A DNA stretch of 64,000 nucleotides from an uncultured Solirubrobacterales bacterium (GCA_963778715.1 CAVZVK010000005.1:2698-66697); one strand, 5' to 3'. Shown: positions 12,017 through 18,731, counted from the stretch's first letter. Made by a program: numbers and translations. Notes: generated by a model not told the origin, from the sequence alone.

Positions 12017-13240
12017 GTGGCGACCGCGACGACCAACGGCTCCAAAGTCATCAAGCCCGACTTCGAGGCGGGCCGCAAGCACTTCATCTTCAGCCAGGAG
12101 CACGAAGACCTGCGCGAGTCGATGCAGTCGTGGGTGAAGAAGGAGCTGTGGCCGCACCGCAACGAGTGGGAGGACACCTACTGGCCGACTCCGACGCGAT
12201 GAAGCGGGCCGGCGAGCTCGGCTTCCTCGGCCTCTGCTTCCCCGAGGAGTACGGCGGCCAGGGCGGCGACTACTTCTACTCGCTGGTCCGCGCCGAGTGC
12301 ATGAGCTACTCCGGCTCCGGCGGCACCAACATGGGCTTCGCCGTGCAGAGCGACATGGTGCTGCCGCCGATCCACCTGCTCGGCACCGAGGAGCAGAAGC
12401 GCCGCTACCTCGAGCCGGGCCTCAAGGGCGAGAAGATCGGCTGCCTCGGGATCACCGAGCCGGGCGCCGGCTCCGACGTCGCCGGCATCCGCACCACGCG
12501 CGATCCGCGACGGCGACGAATACGTGATCAACGGCTCCAAGACCTTCATCACCAACGGCCCCCGCGCCGACTTCATCGTCCTCGTCACCAAGACCGACCC
12601 CGAGCGCCCGCCACGAGGGCATCACGCTCTTCGTCCTCGACCTGCGCGACGAGGAGGGCGAGCACGTGCCCGGCTTCAGCGTCTCGGCCGAGCTGGAGAA
12701 GATGGGAATGCACGCCTCCGACACCGGCGAGCTCTCCTTCGAAGACGTCCGCGTGCCGGCCGACGCCGTGCTCGGCGAAGTCGGCAAGGGCTTCTACCAC
12801 ATCGCCTGGGAGCTCCAGGGCGAGCGGCTGGTCGCCGCCGCCGGCTGCCACGCGGGTGCGGAGCGGATGATCGAGAAGACGCTCGAGTACGCCAAGGAGC
12901 GCGAAGCCTTCGGCCGCCCGATCGGCAAATTCCAGGCGATCCGCCACAAGTTCGCCGAGATGGCGACCAAGACCGAGGCCGCGAAGCAGTTCACCTACGC
13001 GACCGCCTGGCGCTTCGCCAACGGCGAGTACCCGGTGCGCGAGATCACGATGGCCAAGCTCTTCGCCTCCCGCGTCGCCTGCGAGGTCGCCGACGACTGC
13101 GGTCCAGATCCTCGGCGGCTACGGCTACATGAAGGAGTACGAGATCGAGCGCGCCTACCGCGACGTCCGCCTCAACCGGATCGGCGCCGGGCACCGACGA
13201 GGTGATGCTCGACGTGATCGGGCGCTCCTACGGGCTGTAG
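12017..13240 (+). pseudogene. acyl-CoA dehydrogenase (paralog 1), about 5 apparent frameshifts
   Basis: AGGAGAG then GTG 12017. Blocks FLGLCFPEEYGGQGG, KIGCLGITEPGAGSDVAGI, NGSKTFITNG, EREAFGRPIGKFQAIRHKFAEMATK and GGYGYMKEYEIERAYRDVRL are spread over 4 ORFs. TAG at 13238..13240. Confidence 0.85.
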
Positions 13241-13255
13241 AGCGCTGGAAGTCGG

Positions 13256-13435
13256 TCAGGCGTTGGTCGCGATGACCGTGCCGATGGTGGCGAAGATGCC
13301 GAGCATAGTCGCACCCCAGAGCTGGAACATGAGCATGCGCAAATCCCGGATGTCCCGGTCGACGCGCTCGAATCCCGCGTCCACTTTGTGGGCCAGGTCA
13401 TTTAGTCGCTCGTCAGTCCACATCGTTCGCTCCAT
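13256..13435 (-). CDS. small hypothetical protein (59 aa) with a hydrophobic C-terminal segment
   Basis: Internal ATG 13435 of ORF 13256..13600: MERTMWTDERLNDLAHKVDAGFERVDRDIRDLRMLMFQLWGATMLGIFATIGTVIATNA. The codon usage looks protein-like. The upstream part of the ORF overlaps the ACAD2 start. Confidence 0.5.
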   Translation of the reverse strand: MERTMWTDERLNDLAHKVDAGFERVDRDIRDLRMLMFQLWGATMLGIFATIGTVIATNA

Positions 13436-13487
13436 GCTGGCGACGCTAACAGACACCAACGCAGACAACACGCTTCGAGTGTAACGG

Positions 13488-14666
13488 ATGACGGTAATCA
13501 AAGACACAGGACAGCGCGCCACCCTTCCCCCCTTCGGCGAGGAGCACGAGGAGCTGCGGGAGACGGTCAGCCGCTTCGTCGCCAAGGAGATCGCGCCCAA
13601 CGTCGACGAGTGGGAGGAGGCGCGTGAATTCCCCCGCGAGCTCTACGGGCGCTGCGCCGAGCTGGGCTTCCTCGGCCTGAAGTTCCCGGAGGAGTACGGC
13701 GGTCAGGGCGGCACGCATCTGCACGACGCGATCTGGGTCGAAGAGCTGGCGCGCTCCGGCGGCTCCGGCGGCGTCGCCGCCGGGCTCAACGCCCACACCT
13801 CGATCGCGATGCCGCCGATCTTCAACTTCGGCACCGAGGAGCAGAAGCAGCGCTGGCTGGTGCCGGGAATCGCCGGCGAGAAGATCGGCGCGCTGGGGAT
13901 CACCGAGCCGGGCGCCGGCTCCGACGTCGCTGGCATCTCCACCTTCGCCCGCAAGGTCGACGGCGGCTACGTCGTCAACGGCTCCAAGACCTTCATCACC
14001 AACGGCGTCCGCGCCGACTTCCTCGTCTGCGCGGTGAAGACGACGCAGGAGGGCGGCCACGGCGGCATCTCCTTCCTCGTCCTCGAGCGCGAGATGCCCG
14101 GCTACGAGGTGGCGCAGAAGCTGGAGAAGATGGGCTGGCACTCCTCCGACACGGGCGAGCTGGCCTTCACCGACGTCGAGGTGCCCGAGGAGAACCTGCT
14201 CGGCGAGGAGAACGGGGGCTTCAAGCTGATCATGGCCAACTTCGCCTGGGAGCGGCTGCTGATGGCGATCGGCGCCGTCGGCGCGATGCAGCGCCTGATC
14301 GAGCGGACCGTCGAGTACGCCCTCGAGCGCGAAGCCTTCGGCCGCCCCATCGGCAAGTTCCAGGCGATCCGCCACCAGGTCGCCGAGATGGCGACCAAGG
14401 CCGAGACCTCCCGCGCCCTCACCTACAACGCCCTGCGCCTCTTCCACGAAGGCCAGGACTGCATCCAGGACGTGACGATGGCCAAGCTCGTCACCCAGCG
14501 CGCCGTCCTCGAGATAGCCGACCAATCCCTCCAGATCCACGGCGGCTACGGCTACATGCGCGAGTACGGCATAGAGCGAGCCGTCCGCGACGCCCGCCTC
14601 GGCCCAATCGGCGGCGGCACGGACGAGGTAATGAAGGAGATCCTCGGCAAGCTGATGGGGCTGTAG
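13488..14666 (+). CDS. acyl-CoA dehydrogenase (paralog 2), intact
   Basis: 392-aa uninterrupted ORF with FLGLKFPEEYGGQGG, KIGALGITEPGAGSDVAGI, NGSKTFITNG, EREAFGRPIGKFQAIRHQVAEMATK and GGYGYMREYGIERAVRDARL. Confidence 0.93.
   Translation: MTVIKDTGQRATLPPFGEEHEELRETVSRFVAKEIAPNVDEWEEAREFPRELYGRCAELGFLGLKFPEEYGGQGGTHLHDAIWVEELARSGGSGGVAAGLNAHTSIAMPPIFNFGTEEQKQRWLVPGIAGEKIGALGITEPGAGSDVAGISTFARKVDGGYVVNGSKTFITNGVRADFLVCAVKTTQEGGHGGISFLVLEREMPGYEVAQKLEKMGWHSSDTGELAFTDVEVPEENLLGEENGGFKLIMANFAWERLLMAIGAVGAMQRLIERTVEYALEREAFGRPIGKFQAIRHQVAEMATKAETSRALTYNALRLFHEGQDCIQDVTMAKLVTQRAVLEIADQSLQIHGGYGYMREYGIERAVRDARLGPIGGGTDEVMKEILGKLMGL
14631..14662. repeat. left boundary direct repeat (att-like), ATGAAGGAGATCCTCGGCAAGCTGATGGGGCT
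   Basis: Encodes the last residues MKEILGKLMGL of ACAD paralog 2. It matches 18700..18731 with one mismatch. Confidence 0.85.
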
Positions 14667-14713
14667 GGATTAGCAGGGATTTCCCGCTCCTTCTCCCCGT
14701 CGTCCGCATCGGG

Positions 14714-14736
14714 CGGACACGATTCGGACACATCGC
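14714..14736. repeat. internal direct repeat CGGACACGATTCGGACACATCGC (arm-site-like, contains CGGACAC twice)
   Basis: 22/23 identical to 18562..18584. Lies 51 bp inside the left boundary repeat. Confidence 0.75.
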
Positions 14737-14819
14737 TCCGCGCCTGGGCGATCTGATCCTCGGCAGACACGCGCTAGCAGCTATCGAGCACATATCGCTA
14801 CTGTTTCGTGCCCTAGCCC

Positions 14820-15089
14820 ATGTCGCTCGCGTCTGAAAGCGTCCCAACCGCGATGCGCCGCTCCGATCAGCCCCAGCCCGCCCTAGGCAAAGCAATCCGC
14901 CAGCTTCGCCAAAAGCGCGGCGTCACCCAGGAAGACCTCGCCCACGAGGCCGACATCACCACTGGCACCCTCTCCCTGATCGAGCGCGGCCAGGCCAACC
15001 CGACCTGGGGAACCCTCAAGGGCATCGCAGCCGGACTCGGTATTTCGATGGGCGAGCTAGGAAAGCTCGCCGACAAATTCGAGCATTAG
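14820..15089 (+). CDS. XRE/Cro-family helix-turn-helix protein
   Basis: 89-aa ORF. LGKAIRQLRQKRGVTQEDLAHEADITTGTLSLIERGQANPTWGTLKGIAAGLGISMGEL is a classic HTH_3 pattern. An alternative ATG is at 14853. Confidence 0.85.
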   Translation: MSLASESVPTAMRRSDQPQPALGKAIRQLRQKRGVTQEDLAHEADITTGTLSLIERGQANPTWGTLKGIAAGLGISMGELGKLADKFEH

Positions 15090-15173
15090 CTCACTGAAAG
15101 TTTAAGAACTTATCTGTTTACATTCAACTGTGTAAAGTCCCGCTGCGATTCGCCAGGGGTCGGAGGCTCAAAG

Positions 15174-15650
15174 ATGACGGGGTCAGAGGTTTATGTCGGT
15201 ATAAACGTTGCCGGGGGTATCGCTTACCTGGGGGTCTGCCGAGGCAAGCAGCTCGACCTAAGCGATTCTGCCGAAAGCATCGAGCCAAACCGACAACTGG
15301 CGCTGGCAGAGCAGCTAGAGGATTTCCGTGCCCGCCTCGGTCAGGAGTTTCGGCGTCTCGCACCACAAGAAGTCGGGATAGCCCGTACGCGTAAGTTCTC
15401 ACAGTGGCAGTACAAACCAGCCGCGGCACGCTTCGGGCTGGAGGCAGTAGCCATGATGGCAGCCATACAGGAGGGGATCCCCTGCAGCATGGTGGTGCAG
15501 GAGGATGCTGCAAAGGCGGCCCAGGTGCCTGTCACCAAGTTTGCGGAGGCCATGCCTGCCCGATTTGGAATCGATCCAACCCATCACTGGGACAAACGAG
15601 CTCTGGCCTTCGCGACGGCCCTTGCATTGGCGAAGGGCGAAACGAGATGA
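15174..15650 (+). CDS. hypothetical 158-aa protein, possible RuvC/RNase-H-like fold with degenerate catalytic residues
   Basis: GGAGG lies 7 nt upstream of the ATG. N-terminal VYVGINVAGGIAYLGV and later AAARFGLEAVAMMAAIQEGIPCSMV and DKRALAFATALALA resemble the resolvase topology by eye. The stop overlaps the kinase ATG. Confidence 0.55.
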   Translation: MTGSEVYVGINVAGGIAYLGVCRGKQLDLSDSAESIEPNRQLALAEQLEDFRARLGQEFRRLAPQEVGIARTRKFSQWQYKPAAARFGLEAVAMMAAIQEGIPCSMVVQEDAAKAAQVPVTKFAEAMPARFGIDPTHHWDKRALAFATALALAKGETR

Positions 15651-16753
15651 CTGGAGCTCGTACTGAGCTCCGCAAGCTGACACTGCCATATGCCGCCCTG
15701 GAGACGGTTTATCAAGGGGACTGCGAAGTACGGCAATATCGCAACGAGCTAACTGGACAGCTTCAGGTCGGCAAGCGCATAGACGTCCTCGGAATGGAGG
15801 AGGCAGTTGCCTTTCGCGAGGGGGAACTGCTGCAGCAAATTGATCATCAGCACCTTGCCAAGGTGCAAGAGGTCGTTGAGGTGTCTGGCTATCCAGAGCC
15901 AATGCACGTCATCGAGCTGATCATGCCCTGGTATGAGCGGGGAAGTATCTGTGATGCCCTTCTTCGGGGAGAGGAATTCTCAGTGGGAGAGGCAATTACG
16001 CTCATGGCCGGCGGCCTGCTCGGTGTAGCTGAGCTGCACGAGTGTCATGGCATCCTGCATCGCGACCTTAAGTCACCGAACTTCTTTCTCTCCGATGACG
16101 ATCGGTTGTTGGTCGGTGATCTAGGAGCAGCCGCTCCTATGGACACAGATGGTTCGGCGGAGGCCCTGCCAGCGCCACGCCTCTACTCCCCGCCGGAGTC
16201 ACTCACCGTGGGACGACTTGACCGTCGCTCTGAGATTTATCAGTGCGGCCTCGTGCTTCATGAGCTTGTTTCAGGATCCTTCCCGTACGACGATCCGAAG
16301 CTATCGATCGATTCCGTGGCATCGCGGCTGGCAGAGGGAAAGCCAGCACTCCGACCAACCCATTTGATCCACGCTCCTTGGGTACCGCGCGGCCTTCGCT
16401 CAGTTATCAACAAAGCGCTGCAGACAAACCCCGCTGCCCGTTATTCCAGTACGCAACACATGAGTAGGGCGTTGAACCGAGTTACATACGTCGACTGGCG
16501 TCGCATCGTCGACACTCCTGACCGCAAACGATGGGAGGGAACAACGGTCCATCATCCTGGTCGCCGCTTTGCGGTTGAGGCCAAACTCATGCCTCCAAAT
16601 CGCCGTCGCCACAAATCGGCCTGGGCTCTAAGCGGGCTCCAACGCGTGAACCGTTGGCAGCGGATGATTCCCGATGCACCAGCTACAGATCTCGACGGAA
16701 CTCAGGCCACCCACTTCTTCGACCAAATGGTCGTTAGTGCCACCAAACGTTGA
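15647..16753 (+). CDS. Hanks-type Ser/Thr protein kinase (368 aa) with an uncharacterised C-terminal extension of about 100 aa
   Basis: ATGA overlap with the upstream gene. Motifs QVGK43, HRDLKSPN (codons from 16058), GDLG and YSPPE. The Gly-rich loop is degenerate (VYQGDCEV). The upstream 81 codons of ORF 15404..16753 overlap the previous gene and are not used. Confidence 0.85.
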   Translation: MTGARTELRKLTLPYAALETVYQGDCEVRQYRNELTGQLQVGKRIDVLGMEEAVAFREGELLQQIDHQHLAKVQEVVEVSGYPEPMHVIELIMPWYERGSICDALLRGEEFSVGEAITLMAGGLLGVAELHECHGILHRDLKSPNFFLSDDDRLLVGDLGAAAPMDTDGSAEALPAPRLYSPPESLTVGRLDRRSEIYQCGLVLHELVSGSFPYDDPKLSIDSVASRLAEGKPALRPTHLIHAPWVPRGLRSVINKALQTNPAARYSSTQHMSRALNRVTYVDWRRIVDTPDRKRWEGTTVHHPGRRFAVEAKLMPPNRRRHKSAWALSGLQRVNRWQRMIPDAPATDLDGTQATHFFDQMVVSATKR

Positions 16754-17118
16754 GCCGACTGGGTAAGCACGGCGCGTTCGTCTGCAGGGAGATGCTGGAG
16801 CAAGTCCCTGTGTCGCTGCAACCAAGCACTCTGTGCTCGGTAGGACGCTCCGGCACCTTTGCCCTCCGGCTTGATTGCGCCAGCCGCGGCGGCCTCACGA
16901 AGAACTGAACGCAAGCTAACGACCCGCCGGTCGGCCCTGGTCCGGCTCGTTAGAAGTGCTCGAATCGCAGGCGCAAGCCTAGGAATCACGGCAAGTTCGC
17001 CCGCCAACTCCTCGATTGCTCCCTCCAGCGGCCAGCCATCAACTGGAATCCGGCTGATACCGCTAGCGGTCCACAGCAAGCCGACAAGCGACAGCGGGCT
17101 GATCAGCGGCGTCGACAT
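16702..17118 (-). CDS. hypothetical protein (138 aa)
   Basis: Uninterrupted ORF with ATG at 17118 and no motif I recognise. Its 3' end overlaps the kinase 3' end by 52 nt (convergent). It is divergent from the wHTH gene 21 bp away. Confidence 0.5.
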   Translation of the reverse strand: MSTPLISPLSLVGLLWTASGISRIPVDGWPLEGAIEELAGELAVIPRLAPAIRALLTSRTRADRRVVSLRSVLREAAAAGAIKPEGKGAGASYRAQSAWLQRHRDLLQHLPADERAVLTQSAQRLVALTTIWSKKWVA

Positions 17119-17143
17119 TTGTAAGGTTAGACTTTACATTTGT
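17115..17143. promoter_or_regulatory. two ACATTTGT direct repeats 21 bp apart, each overlapping one of two divergent start codons
   Basis: ACATTTGT at 17115..17122 (contains CAT, the ATG of the minus-strand gene) and at 17136..17143 (contains the TTG of the plus-strand gene). AT-rich spacer. Confidence 0.4.
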
Positions 17144-17487
17144 CAGCCGACGGAAAAGCGCGACAGAAACGTGGCGGTCCAAAGCCAACCGACCTCGCTG
17201 ATTGGCTATTTGGCTATGGCCCGAGGCGGAGGTTGCTCGCATGTCTTTGGGGCCCAAAGACGCACCGGGTGATTCCGCCAAAGAAAGGCTTTTCTGCTGC
17301 TCAGCTCGCTGGTATGGCCGGTAAGTCCCGCCCTGCGATTGAGGCGGATATCGCTTCGCTTGAGCGCCTGGGGCTACTCACCCGCAAGCAGATCGGGAAA
17401 CGCGATCGCTTCTTCCCTCGCTCTACCCGGCTGGCCAGAGCAATCAACGCTTTGATCCGCGCGGTTGACGATGCAGTCGGCATCTAA
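17140..17487 (+). CDS. winged-helix (ArsR/MarR-like) DNA-binding protein
   Basis: 115-aa ORF with a TTG start. RRRLLACLWG...FSAAQLAGMAGKSRPAIEADIASLERLGLLTRKQIGKRDRFF fits an H1-H2-H3-wing pattern. Confidence 0.6.
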   Translation: MSADGKARQKRGGPKPTDLADWLFGYGPRRRLLACLWGPKTHRVIPPKKGFSAAQLAGMAGKSRPAIEADIASLERLGLLTRKQIGKRDRFFPRSTRLARAINALIRAVDDAVGI

Positions 17488-17564
17488 TCCGCGTCCCAAA
17501 TCACAGCTCGTGAATGTTCCATCCGAGGGAGCATGTAATCTGTGCCTTGCAAGGTACGGATTTA

Positions 17565-18164
17565 ATGTCTCCACGAATAAAAGATTCCCCACTTCTGACG
17601 AGAAATGAGATCGCTGAGATCAGCGGTGTCTCGATCAATGCTGTGAACAAGGCGCTTGAACAACGGGTCGCAAAGGCGCGGCGACAGCGGGGACGAACAT
17701 TGCTGGCGGCCGATGAGGCGGCGGCGCTGGCGCTGCTCTCGGAACTTCCGATTAGCCTCTCGATCAAGTTCAAACGTGAGGTGCGGAACTGGATCGTCGG
17801 GCGGAACCCCGCCAGAGCGGAGGAGTTCGAGCTTTCGCGAGCCCTGCGAGTTGCAATGACGGAGAACGCCGCCGATGTGGCCAAACGGGCGTTTGACTAC
17901 GTGCGCCTGCGTGAGAGGTACGTCGAGGTCGATCCAGGCAAGAGGGGCGGCACGCCGGTGATCCGAGGGACGCGGGTGCCGGTGCGAACCCTGGCTCAGC
18001 TTGTCGAGGGCGGGGAGAGCCCTAAGGCGCTCAAGGAGGACTACCCGCACATTCCAGAGGAGGCATACGACGTTGCCGTGCTGTGGGCAAAGGGAAATCC
18101 ACGCCGCGGGCGGCCAACCGGACAGCATCGGCTCCAAACGGCGGGTCACGCCCCAACGGCGTGA
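17565..18164 (+). CDS. DUF433-domain protein with an N-terminal HTH-like region (putative antitoxin)
   Basis: ATG at 17565 within ORF 17514..18164. The C-terminal GGTPVIRGTRVPVRTLAQLVEGGESPKALKEDYPHIPEEAYDVAVLWA matches the DUF433 signature as I know it. Confidence 0.7.
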   Translation: MSPRIKDSPLLTRNEIAEISGVSINAVNKALEQRVAKARRQRGRTLLAADEAAALALLSELPISLSIKFKREVRNWIVGRNPARAEEFELSRALRVAMTENAADVAKRAFDYVRLRERYVEVDPGKRGGTPVIRGTRVPVRTLAQLVEGGESPKALKEDYPHIPEEAYDVAVLWAKGNPRRGRPTGQHRLQTAGHAPTA

Positions 18165-18559
18165 AACTCTGGATTGACGAGTGCTTGTCGCCGACTCTTG
18201 TAGCGCGCGCCAATCGTCGCGGATACTGGGCGACCTGCAACCGCGACCGAGATCTGCTCGGCATCGCCGATAAGAACCTGCACGAGCTGGTCATTGACGA
18301 AGAAGCGGTTTTCGTCACGAATGACGAAGCGGATTTCGTCGCGCTCTACAAGAGGGTCGATCTGCACACCGGCCTCCTGATCTTGCCGCAGACCGATACA
18401 CGCGAGTCGCTATGGCGTCTGCTCGATGTCGCGCTCGACTACATCGAGCAGAAGGCCCGCATCGCAGCCGAGACAGCCGCCGAGTGGATGCTAAACAAGC
18501 GGATCGAGGTCGATCCGGGCGGCAAAGCCACCCACAATGATCTACCGGGCAGGGAATAG
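18161..18559 (+). CDS. DUF5615/Mut7-C-like PIN-fold protein (putative toxin)
   Basis: GTG 18161 overlaps the upstream stop (GTGA). KLWIDECLSPTLV...AVFVTNDEADFVAL resembles DUF5615 proteins, which pair with DUF433. Confidence 0.6.
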   Translation: MKLWIDECLSPTLVARANRRGYWATCNRDRDLLGIADKNLHELVIDEEAVFVTNDEADFVALYKRVDLHTGLLILPQTDTRESLWRLLDVALDYIEQKARIAAETAAEWMLNKRIEVDPGGKATHNDLPGRE

Positions 18560-18561
18560 CG

Positions 18562-18584
18562 CGGACACGATCCGGACACATCGC
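18562..18584. repeat. internal direct repeat CGGACACGATCCGGACACATCGC (partner of 14714..14736)
   Basis: 22/23 identical. Lies 115 bp inside the right boundary repeat. It is followed by three CGTGCC motifs at 18651, 18671 and 18681. Confidence 0.75.
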
Positions 18585-18699
18585 CGAGACCACCACCGAT
18601 CACGACCGACAATCGCCCTCATCCCCGAACAAGCTGATTTGCTTGAAATCCGTGCCCTCGGATGATCCCGCGTGCCCCCCCGTGCCATGCTCGGAAGTC

Positions 18700-18731
18700 A
18701 TGAAGGAGATCCTCGGCAAACTGATGGGGCT
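18700..18731. repeat. right boundary direct repeat ATGAAGGAGATCCTCGGCAAACTGATGGGGCT
   Basis: A non-coding relic that would still translate to MKEILGKLMGL followed by TGA. 31/32 identical to 14631..14662. Confidence 0.85.

Larger units (their letters stand above)
14631..18731. mobile_element. integrated island 1 (about 4.1 kb) in the 3' end of the ACAD gene, no recombinase gene
   Basis: Bounded by a 32-bp direct repeat (31/32 identical). The interior is visibly AT-richer than the flanks. It carries seven uninterrupted ORFs of regulator, kinase and TA type. Confidence 0.7.

Noticed and set aside
13450-14770. CAGACAC(C/G) half-motifs upstream of ACAD2 (13450) and inside island 1 (14765), as further copies of the nested-hairpin element
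   Set aside because: There is no matching GTGTCTGA arm nearby, so they do not form the hairpin. They are possibly a shared protein half-site, but the matches are too short (8-9 nt) to claim.
15647-16753. Calling the kinase HipA/HipT-like
   Set aside because: The catalytic loop is HRDLKSPN, with an upstream VGK Lys and a downstream GDLG and SPPE. That is the Hanks/eukaryotic-like fold, not the HipA family. Only the operon logic resembles HipBST.
14631-18731. Integrase, transposase or excisionase in island 1 (and in island 2, 52562..55233)
   Set aside because: I looked in all six frames for tyrosine-recombinase (R..HxxR..Y), serine-recombinase or DDE patterns and found none. The RuvC-like 158-aa protein is too small and lacks the acidic catalytic residues needed to call it a transposase.
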